A stretch of DNA of 64,000 nucleotides from assembly GCF_009914755.1 (NCBI RefSeq), contig NC_060931.1. The stretch is one strand, 5' to 3'. Source of the stretch: the human T2T-CHM13v2.0 reference genome, Homo sapiens. A model generated the notes under the pieces. It did no database searches. It saw nothing but the letters and a program-made list of their open reading frames with translations, and was not told the origin of the DNA. Every line of letters begins with the position of its first letter. The stretch's first letter is position 1. This document shows, one piece after another, positions 1-13,575 of this stretch. The position numbers and the translations under genes were made by a program.

Positions 1-150
<150 letters not shown>

Positions 151-159
151 GAAGAAGCT

Positions 160-588
160 TAAGACTGCACTAAGATTAGGAACACATTAAGAACAGTTTT
201 TACCCTAATGAAGATATTTACAAACATATTTTGCACTAGTTCCCTGTTTATGTATTACCTGCGACAGTAATTAATAGGAATGCCATTGGCTGAGACAGCT
301 TCAGAGCCCTAGATACCTAGGGAAGCAAGCCAAATCCTCTTCAATGTAAATACTGAAACGAAACTAAGCTTATCAGCAATCAGAAACCACCACCTAACCT
401 CTAACTAAAGACTTTCCACATTAACCAATCAAACGGTTTCTTTGTCTTGCATCCACAAACACATTTCTCTCTCTCCAACCCCGCACCCCAGTAGACAACT
501 TGAATTCTGGTGCTGCCCAATTCACGAATCACTGAATGTCCAAATAAACATGTTAAGATTTTAATATGCCTAAGTTTATCTTTTAACA
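160..588 (+). mobile_element. ERV1 LTR fragment, MER34/MER39-like
   Basis: 3' end gctgcccaattcacgaatcactgaatgtccaaataaac...gtttatcttttaaca with AATAAA and terminal CA; family assigned from memory. Confidence 0.55.
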
Positions 589-1774
589 TGCCTGGGGACT
601 TATCTAGATGTTGCTATATTCTAGACATTTCTAAAAACAAAAACAAACAGCATTAATTAAATAAGACCATATTTTAATATTTCATAATTTAAAATTATGA
701 CTTAAGCATGGCAGAACCAACACAAAGTAACTTTTATTTGAAAATAGTAGCTCAATTTAATATTGCATATGTGTATAATTTGCATAAAAGGAAGGAAAAA
801 TATCATTTGTGTATGAATAGAAACTAATGGAGTGCACTTAGTTGATTCATTGTGCCTTTTGGAGAAAAGATATAGCAAATACCGTGTTTTTTAAAAAGCA
901 TACATTTGGAGTTTAGTATCAGAGCTCAAGGCTTTAGTAACTGCTTTAAATCACACCCATATATTTTAGTCTTTAGCTGTGACAGTAAGTGTACTCAGAA
1001 ATGTGCACATTAAAAAGGAATTTCTCCCCTGAAGATGAAGTTGAGAGCCAACTCTTGATCCCATATTAAATTCTTAGTCCATCTGTCCTAATGGAGTCTG
1101 AGTAACGCAGTTTGGTGTTTTTATTGCATCCTGCGAGCTGCTTTTCTCCTGGAAACACTGGCTGCTCTGTCAGGCAATGAGTGGGGAGAGGCAGCTGGTA
1201 CAATCACATCTTCTCCAAGAGCTCAAGGACAGAGGCTGGCTGAGAGCCATTTGGTGGGCTCACTGCCTCATCCCCATACTATACAACAATCCCACAGGCC
1301 AGAGCCTCACCTGCAGTCCCCAGGAGGAAGTAGGAAGGGAAGAGAAGGCAACTCACCTCTGAGAGTTTGGCGCAGGAGAGGTGAGGAAACTGCCCTAGCC
1401 TAGTCTGGTCACTTCTGCCTCGTTCCCGGCTCCTCACCTCCTCCAGGCTCCGTCAGTTGTATTCCTGAAGCACCTGCACCAGGTGTCTGGGTGGCCGTTG
1501 ACACAGGAGTGAGCACTGGCTCTTCCAAGGCAGAGGTGGATGAAAAGCAAGAGCAAACTACCAAAAACTTTGTTCTTACTTTGTCATCCTGAGGTTTATC
1601 TCAGATGCTGCTTGCACCAGACCAAAGCTACCAGTACATATGCAGGAGTTCAAAACAGCCCCCACCCACCCACAGAGTAACCCCAGGGGCTTCTCCCAAT
1701 TGTTGTGTCTATTGGCATTTACTTCTTAGAGTCCCATAGGACTCCTTGGTAGGAACCCCAACTATATCAATCTT

Positions 1775-1965
1775 TATTGTTATATAATTATAAAATATTG
1801 TTTATCATAAATATTATAAAATATTTTATTGTACAATTTATAGAAATTCTATATTAATATTTAATTTTATATAGATTGTATATATTAATACTTTAAATAT
1901 CTTTATATGTAAATGAATATTATATAGACACACATATAACTTTTGGAAAGTCAAAAATATATTTG
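1775..1965. repeat. AT-rich low-complexity tract upstream of the exon
   Basis: Nearly pure A/T (tatataattataaaatattg...). Confidence 0.75.
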
Positions 1966-2115
1966 TGAGGATTTGGTCCAATGTTGTTCAACAGAATGAG
2001 AGAAAATAATGACTATTGCTAATGGTACTTATTAAACTCAAGCAATGGGTATCTGTTACATGACTAGGCTGATCAGGGTGTGAGTTAACCTGATTTTTTT
2101 GTTTTCTTCCCACAG

Positions 2116-2286
2116 GGAATTATTGGAATGCCGCCTCTTTCCCAAACCCATCCTCCTACCTGCACTTCTCTACTTTCCAAGGGGAAACTAGCGCTGACAT
2201 TTCTTTCTACTTCAAAACATTAACCCCCTGGGGAGTGTTTCTTGAAAATATGGGAAAGGAAGATTTCATCAAGCTGGAGCTGAAGT
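2116..2286 (+). CDS. CNTNAP2: CNTNAP2 internal coding exon (probably exon 16); start of laminin-G domain 3
   Basis: Acceptor tttttttgttttcttcccacag|GG, donor AAGT|gtgagt. 171 nt, phase 1-1. Reads (R)[56 protein letters not shown](S), matching Caspr2 as I remember it. Missed by the ORF track. Confidence 0.97.
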
Positions 2287-3096
2287 GTGAGTATAAGTTG
2301 CTTGTCAACTCATGGGGAGCCACTTTCGTCACCTCAGGGTGGTCCGGGTCCTGATTGTGGAAGGCCTTTTGATTCAAACGTGGAAGGTTTCCTTTGTTCC
2401 AGGAGCAGGACTAGAGGTGGACACACAAGCCTGAGTTTGGGCTCCAACCTCAGTCCCTGTCCTTGGGATGCTCTCAGGGAAGCAGGCACATCCAGATTCT
2501 CAAGCAATTAGTCAAGAAGATGAGAGAGAACACACCGCCCTGAGAATGTGGGAGAGGAATGTTTATCTTCAGCTTCATGTCTTGTGTGGCTGTTTTCCAA
2601 AGAGACAGGGTCAAAAATAGGTGAGGGGTGTGTGCATTGACCCGAGGAGCAGGGAGTGAGGAAAATCATGTCAAGGTCAAGGAAGACAGGAATGATAACT
2701 AGTGACATCCGTGTGAGTTCAGGAGGCCACGGAGACCACAGGACTGGGCAATTCCATGACACAGAGTCTGCAGGATTCCTACAGAGGACCCACACCTGCC
2801 CACCCTCTGCAAGTGAGTTCTGGATGTCATGTACTTAGCCAAAGATACAGAGACAATAAGAGGCAGAGCAAGAGAGGATGCTGCTTAGCTCAGCTCAGCT
2901 GGCCTTGGAGCAAACATCCTAAGGGGGCGTTCAGGCTTGGGGAGCTCCGTCAGTGGAAGGTGGGGGTTAGCTGCACAAGACTTGAGAAGCGCAATGCTTG
3001 CCCTACCTGGACCCTTTAAACATCAGGGCCCCAATTCAGCTTTAGGAAGTTACAATCCCCTGACTTCCAGGCCAGTTGATTATTTGCAAATGTTGA

Positions 3097-3150
3097 ACTC
3101 CGTTGGCTGTGAGAGTCAGGGAGACTCCACTGGCTGTGAGAGTCGGGGAG
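3097..3150. repeat. 27-bp tandem duplication (2 copies)
   Basis: actccgttggctgtgagagtcagggag / actccactggctgtgagagtcggggag. Confidence 0.85.
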
Positions 3151-3239
3151 ATCAACCACAAGGACGAGGCCAGGCTATGTCCCCTGTCCCTTTACAAAAC
3201 CTCAGCCTTACACTCAGCATATCAAAAAGTCTCCCTTCC

Positions 3240-3544
3240 GGCCAGGCACGGTGGCTCACGCCTGTAATCCCACCACTTTGGGAGGCTGATTTGGGTGGAT
3301 CACGAGGTCAGGAGTTCGAGACCATCCTGGCTAACACAGTGAAACCCCATCTCTACTAAAAATACAAAAAAAAAAAAAATTAGCCAGGTGTGGTGGCGGG
3401 GGCGCCTGTAGTCCCAGCTACTTGGGAGGCTGAGGCAGGAGAATGGCGTAAGTAAACCCGGGAGGCGGAGCTTGCAGTGAGCCTAGATTGCGCCACTGCA
3501 CTCAAGCCTGGGTGACAGAGCGAGACTCCGTCTCAGAAAAAAAA
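3240..3544 (+). mobile_element. AluY, full length
   Basis: Y diagnostics (accatcctggctaacac, gaatggcgt, gagcttgcag); TSD aaaaagtctccctt at 3224-3237 and 3540-3553. Confidence 0.95.
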
Positions 3545-4206
3545 GTCTCCCTTTGCCAAGTCTGTCCCCTTTAAATGAGTGCTTATGTTCCTGGGTCTGG
3601 TCTGAGAATGATCCCAAATCCATTTCCCATTTCTGCTGAAATGCTATTGGATTCACAGTAGCATTCTTAGGTTCAATTCCACACCGTCAGGTAAATTGCT
3701 CAATCTCTTTGAATCCTAATTTTCTGATTTATAAAAAGGAAATGTTAATTTGTGGGATTGTGATGAGAATAGAATTTAAATACTCATAAGGCATTTATTT
3801 TGGTATCTAGTAGTTATTGTAATTATCATCTTCTGAGGATGCCCATGGCAGATCTGATCTGAGCCAGGTCTGATTGAAAGGGAGGCTAAGGCTATCCTGG
3901 TCCTAGAATTAAAATTAACTAATTAATTAAAATCCCCCCTTTACTGAATTCTGGATAAGAATAATTGAAAGGGGATTCTTGCTTCCCTCAGTTAAAATTA
4001 ACTAACTGAATCAAACTATTTTCTGACTTCTACATAAGTTGGATCAAATTTTAGAAAGATTTTATGGCCACAAAAGAAAATTGCCAGTTCTATATTTGAG
4101 TGGTTCTGTAAGTTTCTATAAAAGTGCTTGGATTCCCCCATCTTTATTTTATGTCCTCAAGTTTTGTAAAGCCACGCCTGGGTAAGAAGGAACACATACT
4201 AGATAG

Positions 4207-4728
<522 letters not shown>

Positions 4729-4845
4729 TGAAACGTTCAAGACCCAGATTCGAGCCTCTAATCTTCCCTCAGAGCCCCCTGTATCTACTAATAACCAGAG
4801 AGGGTGGAAAGACATTTTCACGATCCCCAAAATGTCACATATTAG

Positions 4846-5331
<486 letters not shown>

Positions 5332-5864
5332 GCTGATCATACTTTTTCAGTCAGACACTTCGCCATCAGGATTCCTGAGACATTGGGTAGAGAATTCTCT
5401 CAGGCCCACTTCCTTGTGTGAGGAATCACTCTGCAAACCTAATTGTTTTCACAACAGTGGCGGGCTACCAGAGGGGCCTCAGGAAACGTTGATTCTGAAG
5501 TTAAACTCTTTAGAACTGTCTCTATGTTTTTCCCATTTAGCTTGTTAGGCCTTCTGATCTCTTTCTGATAGGAATTCACATTTTTTTTCTCTAAGCGTGT
5601 CTCAGAGGAATTTGGTCACAGTTCATGACTACATATTGCTTTCCAGAATGACAGTTCTGTTAATTAATTACATTGTGCCCTTCTGTCAAGAGTGGAAGAT
5701 TCTCGACTCAGAAAACAATGAGTCAGTGTACACTAAGTTAATGAGATACCATCAGCATCTTATGCACAAGTAGAAAAACACAGAGATAAAATTAGGGCAA
5801 TCTCACTCATTAGCATGCTTTAATGGTAACATTTTAACCCTATACTTCATGTATTTACTATTCA

Positions 5865-5960
5865 TATTTATTCATTCATTTAATGAGTATTTACTGAGTA
5901 TCTACTATGTCCCAGGTACAGTGCTAGTGCTGAGGTAATTTAGTCAAATCAAGTGTGATT
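5865..5960. mobile_element. L2 3'-end fragment
   Basis: attcattcatttaatgagtatttactgagtatctactatgtcccagg is the typical L2 terminus. Confidence 0.6.
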
Positions 5961-6029
5961 TCTTTCCCTCAAAGATCTTTCTGTTTGTTTTAGAAAGCAG
6001 GCAAGTAACTCAGGAGTTATGATAATAAC

Positions 6030-6290
6030 AAAAATAGCTCAGCTTCATTCAGACTTTCAGGCCTCGTTCCAGGCGTTTTACGTGAATCATCTCACACTCC
6101 TAACCACCCTGTGAAGTGCATACTAGCATTCACATCTCCATTTTACAAACGAGGAAACTGAGGCACAGGGTGAGCAAGTTGCCTGGCCAAGGTCATACAG
6201 CCAGGAAGTGGCAGAGCTGGTGTTTGACCCCAAACATTATGTGTCTGTCCCAAAGTCATTGCTGCTAACCTTAAAGCACACTGCCTCACA
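6030..6290 (-). mobile_element. MIR
   Basis: MIR core cattttacaaacgaggaaactgaggcacag...aaggtcatacagccaggaagtggcagagctgg. Confidence 0.85.
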
Positions 6291-6789
6291 GAACAGATAG
6301 CAAGAAAGAGGCCGGGAGCACTGAGGGGAATTTTTAAACCTGACTGGCTTGACAAGGAGCGCCTCCCAGGGATGGAATGCTTTAATTAAATTTTGATGGA
6401 TAAGTAGAAGCCAGTAAGGTGAAGAAGTGGGGGAAGAACAGGAGCCAGGGAAAAAAGGAAGTTTCAGGATAACACCAAATGAACGAAGGTGTCGGAGACT
6501 GAACCGAAGGACCCAGGAGGGGACAGGTGCAGTGGGGAGGGGCAGGGGCCAGCAATAGCAAGGTGGGCACAGATGAGCACCCAATGCACTCTGCCAGGGG
6601 GAGCATCTGACTCAACATGACCCTGAAGGCTATGGAGAGCCAGGGCGTAACTTGATCAGGTTTGCATTCACCAGAGAAAAGACTGGAAGCCAGACAACCA
6701 GCCATGGGAGCCTCTGTTAAGACAGAGGCAGAATGCATAGAAAGAGAGGAAGACAGTGATGAAGCATTGTAGATATGAAAGATCCTTCA

Positions 6790-6874
6790 ATGAGCCGAGA
6801 TCACACCACTGCACTCCAGCCTGGGTGACAGAGCACAGAGCAAGAATACATCTCAAAAAAAAAAGAAAAAAAAA
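6790..6874 (+). mobile_element. 5'-truncated Alu (last ~85 nt only)
   Basis: tgagccgagatcacaccactgcactccagcctggg plus A tail, flanked by TSD gaaagatcctt (6777-6787, 6875-6885). Confidence 0.9.
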
Positions 6875-7279
6875 GAAAGATCCTTAACAGATAGATTCCA
6901 CAGACATTCAACAAATACTCGTGAGGGTTAAGTGGACGGGAAGATCCTAGAATGAAACCAGTGTTTCTAGTTTTGATGTTGTGTGAGTGGGGCACCTTTC
7001 ATGAAGGAGTCTGACATTCAAGAGCAAAATACAAACTGCATTCTGGATATTTTGAGACTGAGTCTCTGTGGGCTATAGGAGGATCTAATCAAGTGGACAC
7101 ATCTAGAGGATGCTGAATGGACAAGTCCAGAACCCAACAGAGAGGTCTCAGAAACTCAGTTTGGGAGTCATCATCACTTAGAGGATCAGGAAATAAGCAT
7201 TCAGTACCCTCAGCATGGATGAGATTGCCCAAAACAAATGTGTAGAGAGAGGAAGCAAGATGTACAAGAAAGACAACCA

Positions 7280-7592
7280 GCTCACACCTGTCATCCCAGT
7301 ACTTTGGGAGTAGCAGTAGGTCACACCTGTCATCCCAGCACTTTAGGAGGCTGAAGGGGGAGTATCACTTGAGCCCAAAAGTTTAAGACCAGCCTGGGCA
7401 ACATGGTGAAACCCTATCTCTACAAAACTAAAAATAAAACATTAGCCAGGCATGGTTGGCTGCACCTGTAGTCCCTTAGCCTCCTGCCCAGAGGCTGAGG
7501 CAGGAGAATCCCTCGAGCCCAAGAATTTGAGGCAGCAGTGAGCTATGATCACACAGCTGTACCCCCTAGCCTGAGTGACAGAGCGAGACCTC
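7280..7592 (+). mobile_element. AluJ-like with duplicated 5' segment
   Basis: tcacacctgtcatcccag(t/c)acttt occurs twice; J-type cacttgagccc and agcctgggcaac. Confidence 0.9.
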
Positions 7593-7755
7593 GAGGAAGG
7601 GAGAGAAGGAAGGGAGACAAGGAAGGGAGAGCAGGAAGGAAGGAAGGAAGGAAGGAAGGAAGGAAGGAAGGAAGGAAGGAAGGAAGGAAAAAGAAAGAGA
7701 AAGAGAGAAACAGAGAAAGAAAGAAAAGAAAAAGGAAGAAAGAAAGAAAAGAAAA
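7593..7755 (+). repeat. Purine-rich Alu tail with (GGAA)14 at 7634-7689
   Basis: Read directly from the sequence. Confidence 0.95.
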
Positions 7756-9218
7756 CCACATTCAAGGAATAGAAGGAAGAAAACTAGTTTGCAGAAAACT
7801 AACAGAGAAGTAGGAAGACAGTGGTACCCAGAAACCAAATGAAAAAGACATTTCAAAAAGGAAAAAAAGAGGGTTAGATATTGCTGAGAGGTCCCTAAAA
7901 CAAGGACATAAAGTGACCATCAGATTTAACATGTAGAGGTCACGGTCAAAAAGTCAGGTATCACTAGGGTGAGTGGAAGTGGATTTGGAGATCAAGAGAG
8001 GGTGGTTTTGTTCATTCTAGTTTGAGGATGGTAGAGACTTTAGCATTCATATAGTTGAAGGAGAAAACTATGGTAGAGAAGGGGGATTGGTAATACAGGA
8101 GATAAAGGGACTGGCTGAAGGAGCAAGGTCCCCATGGCTGTGGGCATGAGGTAGACCCAGCATCGCAGCACCTCACAGGGGTGAGAGGAAGAGGCGGAAG
8201 TAAAGAGAACAGCGTAAACCGCCCACTAGGAAGTGCCTTTCCAAATCAGAATTTGTTGTTGTTGTTGTGTGTGGACGTTTGTTTGTTAGTATTTTTGAGA
8301 TGGCAAAGAAATATTGTTCAAAAAAAATTTATGGAGCAGATATCAGAAAACCCAGACTCTAAACTTTTCTTCATCACTAACAACCATGGATCTGTCCATG
8401 TATTTTTTCAGTTACCCCTAAGGGATTAGCTTGACTGCTCTAGATCCTTTTTCTGACTGAGAGGGCCATCATAACCAGGGTCCCAACCTCGGGCCACCAC
8501 CTCCTGAGCACCTGCCCTACTGCTGGTGCTGGGAGGCGCTGGGGAAGCTGAGGTGGAAACAGGAGAACCCAGCATCCACCTCCTAGTGAAGGAGACAAAC
8601 ACATTAGTGACAGTGTGGATACATAATTTCATTGAGAGCTTTGCAAGTGCCAGGCCCTGTTCTAAAGCTTTTGTAGGTTATTAACTTTTGTAGTTTACAC
8701 AGCAAGTTTTATACACATTTTACAGCTAAGGAAATGAGAGCATAGAGTTGACACTGCCGAATCCAGATATGGTGCATTTAATCGTTAAAATAAGTAAATT
8801 ACAATGATAGGCACAAAGTATTATGAACAATCGGTGGAGAGGTATGTGACCTATCCTGGGAATGAAGGGGAAGATGAGGGAATGCTTCAGTTGGGTCATA
8901 AAAATCAGGCAAAAAAGTTAAAGGAATGGGGAAAAGAATTCTAGGAGGAAGAGGCAATGCGAACAAAAACACAGGAATGGGGAGTGTGATGGGCGTTTGG
9001 GAAACTACAAGCATTTTGTATTGTTAGAGTGTGAAGTATGACACAGGCAGTGAAGATTTGGGGTCAAGTCTCAGATCTCATTCTAAATATATGGTCATCT
9101 AAATATTTATCTAGTATTTATTGAGTACCTGCTATGTGTGTACCTAAAATGAACGTAAGAAGAAGACATGGCCCCATCCCAGAGGCACACACCATCTAGT
9201 GGGAAAGACTAGTAATCT

Positions 9219-9630
9219 TAATCTCTCTCTGTCTCTTTCTCTCTTTCTCTCTCTCTCCCTCTCTCTCTGTCTCTCTTTTAGGTTCAGGGGTACATGTGCA
9301 GGTTTGTTATATTGGTAAATTGCATGTCACGGGGATTTGATGTACAGATTATTTTGTCACCCAAGTAATAAGCATAGTACCTGATAGGTAGTTTTTCCAT
9401 CCTCTCCCTCCTCCCGCCCTCCACGCTTAGTACACGTATCCATGCGTACTCAATGTTTAGCTTCCAGTTATAGGTGAGAATATGCAATATTTGGTTTTCT
9501 GTTCCTGTGTTAGTTTGCTTAGGATAATGGTCCCCAGCTTCATCTATGTTGCTGCAAAGGACATTATCTCATTCTTATTTATGGCTGTGTAGTATTCCAT
9601 GATGTATATGTACCACATTTTCTTTATTTG
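9219..9630 (-). mobile_element. 5'-truncated older primate L1 3' end (L1PA13-16/L1PB-like) with (GA)n-converted tail
   Basis: ggttcaggggtacatgtgcaggtttgttat...ccacattttcttta; exact TSD agactagtaatct at 9206-9218 and 9631-9643. Confidence 0.9.
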
Positions 9631-9653
9631 AGACTAGTAATCTCTGTTATTAT

Positions 9654-9658
<5 letters not shown>

Positions 9659-9704
<46 letters not shown>
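9659..9704. repeat. (TG)17(TA)6 microsatellite in an Alu tail
   Basis: Read directly from the sequence. Confidence 0.95.
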
Positions 9705-9705
9705 G

Positions 9706-10008
<303 letters not shown>

Positions 10009-11025
10009 CTATAAAATAATATTTTGGATAGGATAATATTAGAGGTACGAACAATATGCTGTGGTTACTTAGATGAGGCAATATTTACTTCTGACTGGAG
10101 AAGGAGAAAAGTTTCCTTGAAGATGCTAACATTTTAAAAGAGCCACAAAGTAAATGGAAAAGGAAGTTTCAGGTTTAGAATGCCAAAGGAAAAAAGCACA
10201 GCATCATAGATGGCATGAACACATCAAAAAGGTGTGGCTCCGTCATACACCCATGCTGCGAGGGTTACGGAACATTAGTTACCATTATATCTCCAGGGTC
10301 ACCACAATGCCTGGCATGTGGTAGGAACTAAATAAGCATTTGTTGAATGAATGAAATGAATGAATGAGGTGCTAGTCTGAATGGAGAGCCCCAGAAAATC
10401 TAGGTGGAGAAGCAGATCACCACGACTGAGGTGCTGGCGATCCAAATATAGACAAGGAATAATATGTGGAAAGGTGGAAGGACAGGTCACGGTTAGTGAA
10501 ATTTTGGAACTCACGATTTCACAGGAAAGCAGTTTGGGCGGTAAGAAGAATGAAAATTGAAATGGAATTTTGTAGGTTGTATCAAAAGGCTGCGGAGAAA
10601 GTCAGGGCACTGGGAGGCCAGAGTAGTGTTGGTTGGTCACCTATGTCACTGTTGAGGTCATCAATGGTGAAGACAAGAGGTGAAATGGACAGGGAATCCA
10701 TGACCCAAACTTTACTGTCCTGGGGTTCAAACAGTGACCACAATATGAACGGGGAGAGGACGAGTCACAGGTGGACGCGAAGCCGTTTGAAGACTCTGGA
10801 GCCATAGAGTGGAAGAAGTACGGAGAAGGGAAGAATAGGCCAACTGTTCGCCTGGCCCCAAGATATGGGCCACTCAGAAAAGGGGTTACAATTCTAAGGG
10901 TTGTAAGTTAGGGTCCCCTTAGGGTGGACTGCAATCAGAGGAAGGAAGTGTTTGAAAGTGTTTAATGATACAACAAATAGTGACCATAGAGTCTATTTTT
11001 GTTTAACAATTTAAAAGAGATTTTA

Positions 11026-11310
11026 GTCTGGGCACGGTGGCTCATGCCTATAATCCCAGCACTTTGGGAGGCCGAGGTGGGCAGATTGCTTGAACTCAGG
11101 AGTTCGAGACCAGCATAGCCAACATGGCGAAACCCCATTTCTACTAAAAATACAAAAATTAGCTGGGCGTGGTGGCACACCCCTGTGATCCCAGCTACTC
11201 GGGAGGCTGAGGAACAAGGATCACTTGAATCCAGGAGGCTGAGATTGTACCACTGCACTCCAGCCCAGGTGACAGAGCAAGACCCTATCTCAAAATAAAT
11301 AAATAAATAA
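11026..11310 (+). mobile_element. Alu with a short right-arm deletion
   Basis: ccaggaggc|tgagattg lacks the ggaggttgcagtgagc segment; (TAAA)n tail; TSD agattttag. Confidence 0.92.
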
Positions 11311-11877
11311 GATTTTAGAGGACATTTGTGAAGGGGATTTTTGGAGGGAAATTTTGAAGGAAAAGCTCACTGAGTAGGTAACATTCAGGAAAAGCAACCA
11401 GAAACTGTTGTAATACTTTAACATAAGCTTCCATGTTGCCCAAGTTTGAGATTTTTAAGGTATCAGGATAACTTGGAGGGAATATTTGCATTTAGCAGAC
11501 ATATCTCCACAAAAATGTGCAGGCAGCGGCCTAATGTCCTACTAATCTTAGGAAATAATATGAGGAAAAACTTTCATGTTCAAGATGCAGCCTTATGCAA
11601 TATACATGCTCAAGAAAGTCAGAAGAAAATATTCTGCAATATACAGAAACTGATGAGTCAGAAGAAGTAAACTAATGGCAATTTATCTTCCAGTATTTCA
11701 AAATTGGAACAACTTTTTATTTTTAAATAGTTTCACTCTTGTAGATGTGAAGAATGTCTAATTCCACTTAACTGGGCTGTTGTTCTGTTGGGGTGTTATT
11801 TAGGATGTTTTAAAAAATATTGTGTTTTTTATTAGTACAAATCAGGTGTTAGCACCTGGATTTTTCACACATATATT

Positions 11878-12171
11878 ATATTTATTTATTTAGAGGCAGG
11901 GCCTCTCTGTCGCCCAGCCTGGAGTGCAGTGGTGCAATCTTGGCTCACCATAACCTCCACCTTCTAGACTTAAGTGATCCTCTCACCTCAGCCTCCCGAG
12001 TAGCTGGTACCACAGGTGCACGCCACCACACTCGGTTAATTTTTGTATTTTTTGTGGAGACGGGGTTTCGCCATATTGCCCAGGCTGATCTTGAAACCTG
12101 GACTCAAGCGATCCACCCGCCTCAGCCTCCCAAAATGCTGGGATTACAATCGTCAGCCACCATGCCGGGCC
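11878..12171 (-). mobile_element. AluJ-like
   Basis: Antisense Alu; TSD ctggatttttc. Confidence 0.92.
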
Positions 12172-13349
12172 TCTGGATTTTTCTTTTTAATTATCCAAGC
12201 CAACTTGGGTTATCAACATGGATTTAGGAAGAATTTTAGTGTTTCTACTACTTTGCAAGTCTAATTATGGTTTCAATTTATATTCAACATTTGGAATCTG
12301 AAAAGTGATTCTGACTTGGTCATTACTATACATAAGAAAAAAAACTATTCTCTCCCCAAAAATAAAATTTGAAGACCTGAATATTTAATAACAACACTTG
12401 TGATTAAAAAGAAATTCTCTAACTTCTCGATTTAAACCTTTGATTTGAATTACAGACCAAAAAGAAGTTTGGAAGTGTAAACTAAAATGAAATTTGTGCT
12501 ATATTAAAGCTTTTCATATAATAGCTTTTTGTTCTTAATAAATATTAAAAGATATATAAATAGTTGGTAAATCAATTTAGATTAAATTTATCCAGATTTC
12601 TTTGCCAATTACACTGAAGGGACAGTTATTTGAATGTACAGTAGAGGTATCCTAGAGTTATGAAGATGGATTTTAGAATAGAATGTCTTCTGGATATAAA
12701 AATATTTCAAGTTACTTTAGAGTTTACTGGTCCACTCATGTCCTGATCTGGAAATTTCCAGAGAAGATTGGGAATTCCTCCTAAGCTGGCCAGACAGAGT
12801 GACATCTCTCTACAGATTCTAGAGTTCTGCCTCTCTCCCACTACACTTCAGAGGTGGCTTTGAAAGACCACCCAGGCCTCCTGACCAGCCCTCTCACGTG
12901 GCAGCTCCTATGGGTGCCACATAACCGCAGTCTCTCCACATCGCCTTTCCTCCCCATCGTGGAGGGTACCTTCCTGGTACCAGGAAGGATCTTCCATTTG
13001 AAGATACAACTGCCTTCTTGGTAATAATTCCTTTGCCTTGGGCCCACATCCTGGATTCCAAGTAACCAAGGGCAGGCTACTTCCAGTCACACCCAAAGAG
13101 ATGGCTTGTCCCTCGGCTGGGGCTCAACTTCTGCTTTGGAAACCAGCTGAAGTCCAGGACACAGGCTCCCCAAGACCTCACTAGAGATCTGGTGTCCTTA
13201 GACTCTCCCTATTAAACTCCAGCTTATTTACATAGTCACGGGCATTTTAGGACAATAAAAAGAAAGTAAACATCAGAGGCAGGATTTCCTCAAAGACATT
13301 ACATTGTACATACATGACGGTATGTCCTGATTTCTTTCATGCGATGCTC

Positions 13350-13575
13350 GAAAATAACCTAAGTAATCCACATCGATTACTGCAGAGAAGCCAGAAGAGT
13401 AACTATTCCTGGGGATAGCTGATGTCAACTAGGAGGGGGTGCAAAGGAACTTTCTGGGTGGTAGAAATAGTCTTTATCTTAATGCAAGGAATGATTGCAT
13501 ATGTAAAAATGTATCCAGCTGTGCATTAAGATATGCACATTTTACCGTGTATAAATTACAGCTGAATGGAAAAGT
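13350..13575 (+). mobile_element. Old L1M 3'UTR fragment
   Basis: ggaactttctgggtggtagaaatagtctttatctt...tgcacattttaccgtgtataaattaca. Confidence 0.55.
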
